64,000 nucleotides of DNA from Octopus vulgaris. Its lineage: Eukaryota. How positions within the stretch are numbered: position 1 is the stretch's first letter; the number at the start of each line of letters is the position of its first letter. The notes beneath the pieces were generated by a model that saw nothing but the letters and a program-made list of their open reading frames with translations, was not told the DNA's origin and did no database searches. Positions 12,512 to 25,665 of the stretch are shown piece by piece. A program made the translations under genes and the position numbers. The stretch is taken from positions 2,604,001 through 2,668,000 of the forward strand of contig OX597822.1 of NCBI GenBank assembly GCA_951406725.2, written 5' to 3'.

Positions 12512-12816
12512 GAAGGCGCGTGGCTTACTGTTTAGGGTATTCGGCTTACGGTCGTAAGATCGTGAGTTCGATTCCTGGTGACGCTCTATTTCACGTTGCT
12601 CCAGTCCACTCAGCTGGCAAAAATCAGTAGCACTTGTATTTTAAAGGGACAGCCTTGTCATATAGTGTGTCACACTGGATCTCTCTGAGAACTACATTAA
12701 GGGTACTCGTGTCTATGAAATTCTCAGCTACTTGCACGTTAACGTCACGAGTAGGCTGTTCCGTTGATCGGATCAAGTGGAGCCCTCGTCATCGTAACGT
12801 AACCGACGGTGTGCCA
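12512..12816 (+). mobile_element. tRNA-derived SINE related to family C (different body, same tail as the 44571 copy)
   Basis: B-box GAGTTCGATTCC and tail GGCTGTTCCGTTGATCGGATCAA...CGTAACCGACGG shared with 44893-44948. Confidence 0.7.
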
Positions 12817-13132
12817 GTTAAAGAGTACTTATCACCGCTGCTACGTAGTGATATCGACGGTGTTGGATAGGTAGAAATGGTAGAGTGTCGGTAAAAATAG
12901 CTTGTGCTATGTTTCGTCTATGGTGTACTCAGCTACTTAGACGCAAATTCATTGACCTAGTAGTTAAGCTGATCAAATAAATAGAGAATCATCATCGACA
13001 CCGACAGAGATCCATTCTTTCACTGGTTCGATGTTGTTATCGTTTTTGTTCTTTATATATATCAGAATTAGATTATTTTAAATTCCCAATAAAGACAATA
13101 TTATATTTTCATGGTATTGCTTCCGTTACCAA

Positions 13133-13543
13133 TCTTTTATTCTTTTACTCTTTTATTTGTTTCAGTCATGTGACTGTGGCCATGCTGGAGCACCGCCTTT
13201 GGTCGAGCAAATCCATCCCAGAACTTATTCTTTGTAAGCCTAGTACTTATTCTATCGAACTCTTTTGCCGAACCGTTAAGTTACGGGTACGTAAACACAC
13301 TATCATCGGTTGTCAAGCGATGTTGGGGGGACAAACACAGACACAAACATATACACACACATACATATATACATATATACGACGGGCTTCTTTCAGTTTC
13401 CGTCTACCAAATCCACTCACAAGGCATTGGTCGGCTCGAGGCTATAGCAGAAGACACTTGCCCAAGGTGCCACGCAGTGGGACTGAACCCGGAACCATGT
13501 GGTTGGTAAGCAAGCTACTTACCACACAGCCACTCCTACGCCT
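13133..13543 (-). mobile_element. SINE family A
   Basis: Full-length match to the other copies. Confidence 0.85.
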
Positions 13544-14191
13544 ATACCATCTATACTTTACTTTTGTTGTGTGTTGCTTTATTTGGTCTTTCTTGTTTTT
13601 GCTTGCTTCATTTTCAGTCTTCGACGTTTCTTCGTTTTTCATTAAAAGAAACACATGGTCTTCTCCTTCTAGCCTCATCCTAAAATTTCTGCAATCTTCC
13701 ATAAGCTAAACACCAGCATCTGAATATTATTGATATAATCGAATGCAATACAGATCTATGACGCATTGACCTTTACTATTTCTCCTTTCCGAATTTATCA
13801 CATCCCCCGCTGTTCATTGCAATAAGCCAAACAATAATTCTTGTTTTTTACTATCATTAAAGTCCAGACATTTTAGCATTTCCAACTCTGATGTCAAACG
13901 CATATAATATCTCTAAATATTTGTTCCACCTTAAGCCATTGATAAATAATATTTCGTCTATGGACATTTCACAAGACAGGAAACAGAATACAAAATACCA
14001 ATACTAAAATTAGAAGCTTCATACACTAATAATTCGATCCATGCAGACCCTCTTCAACCTTGTTGTATCTTGTTATATTCATTATACATTTTGTTGGTTC
14101 TCTGAAGAAATTAGAGTCAGCTATCATTCCTGCATCTTGAAACAATAATTTTTAGATATTGTTAACATTGAAAATAATTATAAATTTAAAT

Positions 14192-14316
14192 GAAGTAGCT
14201 GTGTGGTAAGGAGTGGCTATGTGGTAAGTAGCTTGCTAACCAACCACATGGTTCCGGGTTCAGTCCCACTGCGTGGCATCTTGAGCATGTGTCTTCTGAT
14301 GTAGCCCCGGGCCGAC
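14192..14316 (+). mobile_element. SINE family A 5' fragment with duplicated A-box segment
   Basis: GAAGTAGCTGTGTGGTAAG GAGTGGCTATGTGGTAAG, then the head to CCCCGGGCCGAC, where it is truncated. Confidence 0.8.
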
Positions 14317-14722
14317 TTTACTCTTTTACTTGTTTCAGTCATTTGGCTGCGGCCATGCTGGAGTACCGCCTTTGGTCGAGCAAATCGACCCTAGGACTTA
14401 TTCTTTGTAAGTCTAGTACTTATTCTGTCGGATCTCTTTTGCTGAACCGCAAAGTTGCGGGGACTTAAACACACTAGCATCGGTTGTCAAGCGATGCTGG
14501 GGATCAAACACAGACACACAAACATATACACACACACATATATACATATACATATATACGACAGGCTTCTTTCTGTTTCCGTCTATCAAATCCACCCACT
14601 AGCCTTTGGTCGGCCCGAGGCTATAGTAGAAGACACTTGCCCAAGATGCCACGCAGTGGGAATGAACCCGGAACCATGTGGTTGGTAAGCAAGCTACTTA
14701 CCACAGAGCCATTCCTGCACCT
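14317..14722 (-). mobile_element. SINE family A
   Basis: Full-length match, abutting the opposite-strand fragment. Confidence 0.85.
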
Positions 14723-14846
14723 ATATTCATATTTCTTATACATAAATATATATATATATGTGTGTATGTGTGTTTGTGTATGTATGTATGTATGTATGTA
14801 TGTATGTATGTATGTATCTATCTATCTATTTATCTATCTGTCTATC

Positions 14847-14884
<38 letters not shown>

Positions 14885-14921
14885 TAAATAGATAGAGAGA
14901 TAGATAGACAGACAGACAGAC

Positions 14922-14957
<36 letters not shown>

Positions 14958-14965
14958 TGATAGAT

Positions 14966-15016
<51 letters not shown>

Positions 15017-15031
15017 CAGACAGATAGATAT

Positions 15032-15185
15032 GTCCCCTTAACTTATCGGTTCAGCAGTAAAGGACAATAGAATAAGTACCACGCTTTAAAAGCATAAGTA
15101 CTGGGGTCGATAATTTCGACTAAAAATTCTTCAAGGCGGTGCCCTAGCATGGCCACCGTAAACTGACTAAAACAAGTAAAAGATA
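15032..15185 (+). mobile_element. SINE family A 3' fragment (older variant)
   Basis: ATAGAATAAGTAC...GGGGTCGAT...GGCGGTGCCCTAGCATGGCC...AAACAAGTAAAAGA. Confidence 0.7.
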
Positions 15186-15372
15186 TATATACCCATTTCC
15201 TATTTATATCGCCAAAGCCATACACGTATGTATGTATGTATGTATGTATGTATGTATGTATGTATGTATGTATGTATGTATGTATGTATGTATGTATGTG
15301 TGTATTTATGTATGTATGCATATATGTGTGTGTGTGTATTGATATATATATATACACACACACACACATATA

Positions 15373-15585
15373 CAAAGTTGGCCAAAAGTCACCTGACAGT
15401 AAATCAAAACCCTTTAATTCTAAGTGAATGAATTTAATAAACGCATCTGAATATGAAGCATCAGGAAAATTGTTCAAACTAAAGTCCTTCTTGAGCAACA
15501 AATTTTCCCATTCGAGTCAATACGGAATTACAGATAGTATTTATGGAATTTTGATTTACTGTCGGGTGACTTCCGGCAAACCCTG
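15373..15585. mobile_element. Tc1/mariner-type MITE
   Basis: ~36-bp imperfect TIRs CAAAGTTGGCCAAAAGTCACCTGACAGTAAATCAAA / TTTGATTTACTGTCGGGTGACTTCCGGCAAACCCTG with TA on both sides. A second copy lies at 54231-54473. Confidence 0.8.
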
Positions 15586-15763
15586 TATATAGTTATGTTA
15601 TATTCTCTTAAGATATCACACTGCAAAGAAACGGTTGCATAACCAAGTACCTGCTTGCCTGGAGGACTACGTTGGGTAGAAACAATTGTTGTGATAGCAA
15701 ATAAATGTCCAACCGTACGCCTTCTGGTTGACTCCCACTTTTCAATTATATTTTTTCCTACCT

Positions 15764-16162
15764 TTAACCCTCCAACTCGGAGTATAAGCCACTTATAATT
15801 GAATTCCATGTCGCATAATTTTTCGCTTCTGTACTTATACTCTGCCATGAATGTCCCCCTTTCTCTAGTTCCTTTTGTGTTGATCTACGCCACGTGTTTT
15901 TCGACCTACCTCTCTTCCTATATCCATCCGTATTCCACTGTAAACCACTTTTCGCTACATTTGGTGTATCTTTTCTTATTATTTGCTCCCTAATCGAAAC
16001 TTGATTTGTTCTTTGCCATAGCTCCATATTGCTTATGTGTTCGGGCCATCTAATTTTAAGTATACTACGCAAGCATCTGTTGATGAATGATTGTATTTGC
16101 TTATTTGACTTAACTGTTGTTCGCCATGTCTCAGCCCCATACAATAACACTGCTTTTACGTT
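15764..16162 (-). pseudogene. RTE-clade LINE, 5'-truncated C-terminal fragment
   Basis: LLYGAETW...FINRCLRSILKIRWPEHISN.ELW.RT...LQWNTDGYRKRGRSKNTWRR is the typical post-RT region of RTE elements. Confidence 0.9.
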
Positions 16163-16479
16163 ATAAGTATATATATATATATATATATATTCAATATTGT
16201 AAGATAAAACCTATATTGGAAACAGCCAGAAGGATTATATTCTTTAGCGTTTAACAACCACGGCATGCATCACGTTTAAATCAGGTTCACACGACACAAA
16301 CATTCGCAGGACAACACGTACAAAAGAGACGCAATGGTTTTAATTCTTATTTTTCCTTTTACGGAAACGCATTTGTGTTTCAGTGTAGAATAATATAAAA
16401 CTGAATTTTAAATACAAGATATACAATTACGAACAGTGAAACTCCTTAGATTACTGGTACCATGAAGGGATTCCTATAC

Positions 16480-16892
16480 CTATTTCTTTACTACCCATAA
16501 GGGGCTAAACACAGAGGGGACAAACAAGGATAGACAAACGGATTACGTCGATTACATCGACCCCAGTGCGTAACTGGTACTTATTCAATCTACCCCGAAA
16601 GGATGAAAGACAAAGTCGACCTTGGCGATATTTGAACTCAGGACGTAGCTGCAGACGAAATACCTATTTCTTTACTACCGACAAGGAGCTAAACACAGAG
16701 GGGACAAACAAGGACACACAAACGGATTAATTCGATTACATCGACCCCAGTGCGTGACTGGTACTTATTTAATCTACCCCGAAAGGACGAAAGGCAAAGT
16801 CAACCTCGGCGGAATTTGAACTCAGAACGTAGCGGCAGACGAAATACCGCTAAGCATTTCGTCCGTCGTGTCATCGTTTCTGCCAGCTCGCC
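16480..16892 (-). mobile_element. SINE family B dimer with ~20-bp TSD
   Basis: One head plus two units. Flanks are CCATGAAGGGATTCCTATAC (16460) and CCATGATGGGATTCCTATAC (16891). Confidence 0.85.
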
Positions 16893-17874
16893 ATGATGGG
16901 ATTCCTATACTTCACAGGAAATAAACACTTATATAGCTAATATTCTTGCTCAAGAATAGAAATGTGTAGCTACCACATTGCAGACACTGGAGTGAATTCT
17001 TTTAAAATCTTGTGGGAGCTAAACATCCCATGCCATAATACCAGCGTAAATAGAAATAGCGGCAAAACAATGCCTGAAATAAGAGAACACTAAAGGAAAT
17101 TAACCAACAGGATATAATCGTTTTTTAGAGATATCAGATATAGAACGTAATGTCTTTCACTCGCAGATTATATTAAAAACATCTTTAGAAACTTTAGGTA
17201 GGAAATAACAATTCACGAAATAAAAAGAACAAACGTTTTAGTGAAACAGGATATGCATGACATAAACAACAGGCAGAGAGAGGACAACTACTGAACTAAC
17301 CAATTTATGAAAACCATACAAATAAACAACTCTAGCAAAACATGACAGAGCTTAGTTAACACAAAGGCTATGATTACGCCATAGAAAAGAATATGCTGAA
17401 CAACTACTGATGTAAATAATATGAAGCGATGACAACAATAGTTAATGCTCTAAAGAAATAGGAGTAAAAAATGCTCTAAAAATGCTCTAAAGAAATAGGA
17501 GTAAAAAAGTAAAACAGCCAATGGAAACTTTAAATGAAAAAGATCCTTTGTTTATAAAAATTGAAAAAGAACGATTGTTTTTGTAAAAATCAAAAACCTG
17601 CCGAATTAGAAAAGAAGACGGATCTTGCTTAATGAATACCAAAGAATGTCGTTGAAACTCGAACCACAAAAAAAAAAAAAAATATGCCGTTTAAATGAAC
17701 AATATGCTCTACACTTTGTAATAAGTACTCTGTTCCTCTTTAGTTGATAAAGCTGACAAAAGCTGACGAACAGCAACATTTTGTAGTACACACACGCACA
17801 CACGCACACATACACACACATACACACACATTCACATACATACATTCATATATTCATTCGTTCATAAAGACATG

Positions 17875-18273
17875 TACTCTTGTACTTGTTTCAGTCATTT
17901 GACTGTGGCCATGCTGGAGCACCGCCTTTAGTCGAGCAAATCGACCCCATGACTTATTCTTTGTAAGCCCAGTACTTATTCTATCGGTCAATTTTGCCGA
18001 ACCTCTAAGACACGGGAACGTAAACACACCAGCATCAGTTGTCAAGTGATGTTGGGGGAACAAACACAGACACAGAAACACACACACACGTACATATACA
18101 TATATATATACGACGGGCTTCTTTCAGTTTCCGTCAACCAAATGCACTCAGAAAGCTTTATTCAGCCCGAGGCTATAGTAGAAGACACTTGTCCAAGGTG
18201 CCACGCAGTGGGACCGAACCCGGAACCATGTGGTTGATAAGCAAGCTACTTACCACACACCAACTTCTACGCC
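17875..18273 (-). mobile_element. SINE family A
   Basis: Full-length match. Confidence 0.85.
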
Positions 18274-18301
18274 TATATATACATACATATATATATATAG
18301 A

Positions 18302-19188
18302 TACGAGGTCAGATCAATAAGTAACCGGTGTGTTGCTATAGTAACGAAGCTAAAGCACACCGCAAAGTCACTCGGCACAGATTGACCTTGAATTCTGTTA
18401 TGCATGCGTACTAAGTTTTAACCATCGAGCTCACTTCCGCTGCATACCGATGTGCTCGGAAGGTGCGTGTGATCATCGCATTGACCATGACAGAGAAAGC
18501 TGATCAGAGAATCTGCATCAAATTTTGCCAAAAGCTTGGCGATAACTTTTGCAGGCTTACGTAAAATTTTCAAAAGTTTAAATTGTTCTAAACACAATTA
18601 AGAAGATCCTGTGCAACTAAAAACCCGAGTATCTTTTTAATAAGCTGAAAGTAGTTTGGGCACAAACTTGGTAGACACACGTCTCATATCCAAATCTTCT
18701 GTGATGATGGACTAAACTGAACCGTAACTAATCTGTTCAACCTCTGATAACTCACGGGTGCTGATTCGGCGATTTTCTTCAAAGCTGCACGTACATCTGC
18801 AATGTTTTCCTCAGTTAGGCTGATTGTGGGTGTCTCCCAGAACGTTCGTTACTATCGACATTTTTTCGGCCATCTTGCAAACGCCTGAACCGCTCGTACA
18901 CTTATGTGCAACTCATACACTCCTCCCCATACACTTTCCGCAACTTTGCGTAGGTCTCTGAGCAGGTATCGCCATGGCAACTTTCTCTGTCATGGTCAAT
19001 TCGACGATCACACGCTACACACCTTCCTTCCAAGAACTCCTCTAAACAGTGTAAGTACGCTAGAACTTTAAAAATTAGTGCGCATGCACAACAGAGTTCA
19101 AGGTCATTCTGCGCCAAGTGACTTTACTTGGCGTGCTTTAGCTTCATTACTATGGCAACAGTTCGCATACTTATTGATCAGACCTTGT
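18302..19188. mobile_element. non-autonomous mariner derivative with two 5' ends
   Basis: TIR TACGAGGTCAGATCAATAAGTA at both ends. The + strand from 18487 reads MTEKADQRICIKFCQKLGD. The - strand from 18993 reads MTEK..GDTCSETYAKLRKVYGEECMS...DGRKNVDSNERSGR (mariner HTH). Confidence 0.85.
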
Positions 19189-19207
19189 GTATATATATAT
19201 ATATATA

Positions 19208-19397
19208 TTCTTTTATTCTTTTCTTTTATTTGTGTCAGTCATTTGATTGCGGCCATGCCGGAGCACCGACTTTAGACGAACAAATCAAGCCCAGAATTTA
19301 CTCATTGTTGGTCTCTTTTGCCGAACCGCTATGTTACGGGGATATAAACACACCAACATCGGTTGTCAAGTGATGCTGGTGGGTCAAACACAGACAC

Positions 19398-19451
<54 letters not shown>

Positions 19452-19590
19452 GACGGGCTTCTTCCAGTTTCTGTCTACGAAATCCACTGCTCACAATGCT
19501 TTGTTCTGCCGGGGGCCACAGTAGAAGACACTTGCCCAAGGTGCCTATGGTTGGTAAACAAGGTACTTACCACACAGCCATTTCTGCGCC
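19208..19590 (-). mobile_element. SINE family A, degenerate
   Basis: Match with internal deletions. Confidence 0.75.
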
Positions 19591-19604
19591 AAATTAATAC
19601 ACCT

Positions 19605-19674
19605 GCGTCAAACTAATTCACCTACTTGTTGTTCATACACCTGTCTTCGTCTTTTATTTTTCTGTAAATTTCAA

Positions 19675-19712
<38 letters not shown>

Positions 19713-19912
19713 GGAAAGTTTACGAAAATAAACAAAAGATGAAGGCAGGTGGAACACAAGCAAACAAATGTATTAGTAAAACACTCAGGAATAGAAAAAG
19801 TCTTTTACGTTTCGAGTCTACGCTCTTCGACAGAAAGATACACAGGAAAAAACGAGGAGAGAAATAAGGAGAGAAAAAACATGCGTGTAGGAGCTAACGA
19901 TCTATCATGGCG
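19605..19912. mobile_element. tail-to-tail Penelope-like pLTR fragments across (TA)n with a minimal hammerhead-like motif
   Basis: 19612-19672 is an inverted relative of 19715-19780. The - strand at 19801-19838 reads TCTTT CTGTCGA A GAGCGTAGACTC GAAA CGTA AAAGA. Confidence 0.55.
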
Positions 19913-20276
19913 TCCTGCGTATATTCATTACAGTTATAGTGACGTATTTCCAACAATTTTTCTTGTCGTTCTTTCTTATCAGTAATTCTCTCACTGTTTC
20001 AGCGACTACTTCGATATTTCAAACCGCATATATGTACAACATAGTTATTCATGCTCCAGGTCGAAGAACTAATGGTAGTTTCTACATTCTACAAATATCT
20101 GTCACACATCTCTGCTATAAATCTCTGTCTCCTCCTCTTCTTGGGAATTAGAGTCTGTCGATATTACTTTCAAAGCGGAGTGTCTTATGCATTGTGAGCA
20201 GCCGTTTTGTTATATCCATTTCATGTGGCTTAGAACTATCTCAGCAATCGAATGACCTCCTACCTGTGTGTGTTGT

Positions 20277-20588
20277 GGAGGCACATGGCCTAGTGGTTAG
20301 AGCAGCGGACTCGCGGTCGAGGGATCGTGGGGGGTTCGAATCTCAGACCGGGCGATGTGTGTGTTTATGAGCGAAACACCTAAGCTCCACGCGGCTCCGG
20401 CAGAAGGTAATGGCGAACTTCTGCTGACTCTTCCGCCACACCTTTCTCTCTCTCTTTCCTCCTGCATCTTGCAGCTCACCTGAGACGGACCGGCTTCCCG
20501 TCCAGGTGGGGAACCTATACGCCAAGGAAACTGGGAAACCGTTCTTTATGTGCCAGGCGTGGCTCGAGCAGGAACAAACAACGACAAA
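20277..20588 (+). mobile_element. tRNA-derived SINE family C (V-domain-like tail)
   Basis: A-box TGGCCTAGTGG, B-box GGTTCGAATCTC and a body shared with the 26581, 42474 and 44571 copies. Confidence 0.8.
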
Positions 20589-20599
20589 GCTCCTGCCTG

Positions 20600-21480
20600 T
20601 GTAATTGATATTTTCTCAATTTCGACCACCTTTCTAATCTTTTTCTTATACTCTTTGGAGATTTTCTCTCTCATTTCTCTTTCTATTACATTATCGTCCT
20701 GCAGCAAACCCCTCTACTTGTATGTTACCTATTCTATTCAGCAATGTAATGATAACATCTTGTGGTAGCTTTATACCAACAGATTAAACTTTTCGACCTC
20801 TCTTAATAATTACAACTGCACACTTATATACCACACACAACATATCAATATCCTTCACAAATATTATTACCGTGTAGAGCAGAGAATCCAAGACATTTTA
20901 TTCGCATTTATAATTTGAGGTCATCCGTATACTACAGATAATTACCTTATCCCTGATGCTGGAAAGGTCAGAGGTCGACAGACAATTCCGGATTTTCTCA
21001 GTATGTTTACAAAGGGATCAACACAATGAAGACAAGTAATGGAGAGAACGAGTCTCCCTGAAAATATCCCCCTCCATATCTTCATATTTCCTAGTAATTT
21101 AATTTAATATTTCACTCTTCTAGTTTTGAATATAAATAATTCTACTTTTCAAAAAATAACCACGTTTTTTTATGTCAAAAAGGTAAAATTCTTTAACCCT
21201 CTTAAGAACCCAATGCCTTACCAGGGTCTTCAAATGTCCGTTCTGAGACTCCATGCTTTCTTGTCTTACTTCTGGCTTTCACTTCGTCGTCTGGAATATT
21301 TATATTTTCTAATTCTGATCTATTTTCCATTTCTCCTTTTAAATTTCTGAAACCAATCTGCTTCCCTGTTATGTTAAACTCACTTACCCAAATGTCTGAC
21401 CCCCAAAAATTCCTCGCTGCTTCGGGCATTTTTGCTGCATCACTCTCCTTCTCATCATTCTCATCCTTTATCTACTCGCA
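20600..21480 (-). pseudogene. heavily decayed LINE endonuclease-region remnant (CR1-like, tentative)
   Basis: Scattered - strand motifs IFRGD and GIVCRP resemble APE motifs FRxDR and GVxYRPP. No continuous frame. Confidence 0.3.
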
Positions 21481-21524
21481 ACATTTTGCTTTCATTATTT
21501 CTCCAGAGAATTTTCAGTTGATAT

Positions 21525-21714
<190 letters not shown>

Positions 21715-21854
21715 GGCAAGAGCAGCAGTAGTTGCACTGGTTGTGTACATTCTAAGTTCGAATCCCACTGAATTTCCTGGTGCTCATGTAAGACATCAGT
21801 GCACATACACGCAAATACACACAGACACATAAACGCATATGCACACGCGCACAC

Positions 21855-21911
<57 letters not shown>

Positions 21912-22088
21912 GGGGCCCATTAGTAATTAAACCTAATAGCAAATTTATAAACAAGGCTACAAAATAGTACCTGCATTGCTAAAAACAAGAGTCAAAAATG
22001 ATTCAATTGGCCACAAACAGCACTATCTTAATAAGTTGACGAAAGAGAGGAGGCTAGAAAGTTCCATACTTTAGTGAGATAAGCTCAA

Positions 22089-22136
<48 letters not shown>

Positions 22137-22159
22137 TTGTGAGCTTGTCTCACTACGGT

Positions 22160-22200
<41 letters not shown>

Positions 22201-22332
22201 CAGGTATCCATTTCTCGCCCGGCCATCGCTTTTCTGATTATTAAATTTATCTTGTTTTTTTACTCTCTTCATATAAATCTTTTTTCTTCTTTCTGCATCA
22301 TTCTCGTTATCTGCATTACTGAAGTTCTCCCG

Positions 22333-22381
<49 letters not shown>

Positions 22382-22588
22382 ATACACACACGCACACACA
22401 CACACACACACACGCACACATGTTTTTTATTGCCTTTTTTGTTTAGTTCTTTCTGTACTTCCGTTCGTCTGCCGTCTGTCTACCTCATCTCTCTCTCTCT
22501 CTCTCTCTCTATACTTCTTTCCTTCCTCTTTATCAATCTGTCTTCTTCTCAAACTATTCATATAATGGCATTGCTTTCGTGGGAAGTT

Positions 22589-22612
22589 TTATTATTATTG
22601 TTATTATTATTA

Positions 22613-22659
<47 letters not shown>

Positions 22660-22779
22660 GTTATTATTATTATTATTATTATCATTGTTGTTGTTGCTGC
22701 TGTTGTTATTATTATTATTATTATCATCATCATCATCATCATCTTCATCATCATCATCATCATTATCACTATCATCATC

Positions 22780-22839
<60 letters not shown>

Positions 22840-22840
22840 T
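22589..22840. repeat. (ATT)/(ATC)n microsatellite
   Basis: Direct reading. Confidence 0.95.
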
Positions 22841-23163
22841 CTATTACTTTTTTAACAACACAGAGCAAAATGGGAATGATATAGCACATTGAAAAAGAAC
22901 TTCGTTAGAATTTTCTTGAACATGTACAGTACCGGAAGTGATGTTATTGGAGATGGCAGCATTTTTATAACTCTGGGCAACAACTTGTCTGTCGAGAGTC
23001 ACGTGATTTCATTGTGTAGCTTAGATATGTTGAAAGGATTGTGATAATTGCTGAAGAATTGGTAGTGATGAGGAGTCGTACTTGATGTAGACGTTAGTAG
23101 TTTAAACAGCAGCAGTAGAGACCGTAGTAGTAGTAGTAGTAGTACCAGCAGCCGCAGTTGTTG

Positions 23164-23214
<51 letters not shown>

Positions 23215-23215
<1 letters not shown>

Positions 23216-23365
23216 AGCATTGCCTGCCATCAAAATGACACTAGGGTAAAATATACGAAGCCCAGTGTACCCATCATGACTAACCGTTTGATAAGGGTAT
23301 ACCAGGTATATGCATTACAACCGAATGTGCACGACATAGGGATTTCCTATCAAGATAAACAGCTT
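23215..23365 (-). mobile_element. family D 3' fragment
   Basis: Reverse complement of the last ~150 bp of family D, abutting (TTA)n. Confidence 0.7.
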
Positions 23366-23660
23366 GTTAGTATTTTGGAGGTTTCACATCAATGGCCCAG
23401 ATCTTAACAAGCGTCCAGTCAAGTAGCCGAAATGTGGACCACTGATTTTTTGAATGTAGAGAGTTCTGAGGTCCAAATTTTCTTTATTCAGCTGTAATAT
23501 TCTTTAGTGGCACGTGTTCTGCTACAGGTGCCATTGTAAGATATGTTTTCCCTATGTTCTACACATGTTTTTTTTATATATGTGTGTATGTATGTATGTA
23601 TGTATGTATGTATGTATGTATGTATGTATGCATGTATGTATGTATGTATGTATGTATGTA

Positions 23661-23722
<62 letters not shown>

Positions 23723-24199
23723 ACTTGTAAACAACGCAAAAGAAAATTATTTCTATGCCAATATGCTGATAACATATTCGCTATAGGGACTGGTATATAT
23801 GTACATATGTTATACAGGGGTCGTTATAATCGACTTACACCCTCACCGAACATGCAGGCTTTGTGCCAAAATTTGAAAACTATTATATATGTATGTATGT
23901 GTGTATGTATGTCTAAAAGCATTTTAAAGGAAACACATTGAAGAATTGGTTTCAAAAATATTGTAGCTTTGCAGTACGTAACGTACATATCACAAATAAT
24001 GTTGACTGCTGTGCAATAGGTGCTGTTAGAAAAAGGGATAACTTGGAAGAAGAGAGGAAATTTCTTCTGCCCTGCACATCATTAACGTCAGTATGTGCAG
24101 CGATAGTCTTTGAAATAAACTGAGATGGCGAAAGTAGAGCTCTTATGTGCAGCTCGCTCTTACTTTTGCATCATCAGCTCTTCATCGAACAGATTCTTT

Positions 24200-24900
24200 T
24201 AGAAGTCTGTTGCCATGCAGCCATGTCATTTTTACAACATATTCAAACGTTTTGTCCGTGTCAGAATATCTCGCTGAATTTTATGTAGATTTTCCCACTC
24301 ACAATGTCATAGATATCATCTTATCAGATATTCGGGCGCCAAACACTGGATCTGGTTTCAGATTATGCCACGGCTATGCAAGCTCCTGCATCCATAATAT
24401 TAGAAGTCTTGAACTGAAGGTTTATCCTTCGGTTGCTTTTATGCGTTGTTTTAATGTTTTCAGAACATTACTTTTATATCAAACCTTGATTCATTGGTTG
24501 ACGCAAAGAGATTTGTTTCTTGGAGATATATCCCACTTTCACATTATCAGAAGTCATTGAAAGCTCATTGAGTAGCTTGGTGTATTGAATACAAGGAGCA
24601 ATGCTTGTTTGTAAATATTATGCCTTGCAATATACCTGTCTATAGTAAAGAGTAAAAGTTTGAAAAAGGCTATAGTATTCGTGAAACCTTCACATATGAA
24701 CACCAAAGCACAGATATGTAAAATGCATGATCCTTGAAAGCGTTTGATTTATGGATGTGATGCAGGTGTAGAGATAATTATTTGGATTCACTAACAATAT
24801 TTCCTTCCACAAGAAGCTTCAGGAGATTACTGGAAAGTTTAAAATCTCGTGTTGATTTTTCTTCACTGAAAATAAAAGCGTAAGGGGATGTGGACACAGA
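24200..24900 (-). pseudogene. pogo/Tigger-like DDE transposase remnant
   Basis: The - strand reads ALLLVFNTPSY...DNVKVGYISKKQISLRQPMNQG...SSNIMDA..IAVA*, resembling the Tigger ALLLLDNAPGH...NVKVVFLPPNTTSLIQPMDQG and NIxDA..AW motifs. Confidence 0.6.
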
Positions 24901-25347
24901 GTCTCAATACCTCGCACATTTGATCAGCTGTATATCCTACTACAACAATAGTGTTCATCAACAAGTCCCGATAATTAATAGTAGTCTCTCTCTGGTAGTA
25001 TTGACAGCTTTACTGATCATTCTAATGCTGTAAAATTTGAGATTTATTTGCAAGAAATAATTTGCATCGATGACACACTCTCGACTTCCTACAAATTGTC
25101 ACACAAACTTTTAGCCATCTCATCAGTGGTTTTCATGTTACATTCAACAGCACATTATTCCGACCGTCAATCCACATATGCAAAAGCCGTTTCATTTTAA
25201 AAATGAATTCAAATTTGCAAGATAATGATATCTGGTCATTTATCGAAATCGATGTTTCAGCACTTGACCTAATATCATATTTACTGTCATTTATTGTTTG
25301 CACTGTAGACAGTCAAGTCTTAATATTTCGCGATACATATTTTGAAA

Positions 25348-25555
25348 GCGGCAAGCTGGTAGAATCGTTAGCAAATCGGGCAAAATGCTTAGCAGCATTT
25401 CATCCGCCTTTACGTTCTGAGTTCAGATTTCATTGGGGTCGTCCTTGCCTTTCAACCCCTCGGGATCGAGAAAATAAGTACCAGTTGAACACAGGGGCCA
25501 ATGTAATCGATATATCCATCTCCCGAACTTGCTGGCTCATAATGAAAATTAAAAT
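25348..25555 (+). mobile_element. SINE family B monomer, degenerate
   Basis: Head, B-box and Meta-like domain are recognisable. Confidence 0.7.
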
Positions 25556-25571
25556 AAATGCGCCCTTTTAA

Positions 25572-25665
25572 AACCTAGCCAGGCTCATGGGCCCGGTTTC
25601 CCGGTTTCTATGGCATATGTGTTCCCCAGCTGGATGGGACGCCAGTCCATCGCAGCGTTACTCAG
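25572..25665 (-). mobile_element. 3' fragment of the SINE C tail type seen at 26778-26860
   Basis: Reverse complement of GAGTAACGCTGCGATGGACTGGCGTCCCATCCAGCTGGGG...GGGCCCATGAGCCT. Confidence 0.75.

Noticed and set aside
20277-20352. tRNA gene (also the heads of SINE A, B and C elsewhere)
   Set aside because: A and B boxes are present, but there is no complete cloverleaf and each continues into a shared SINE body.
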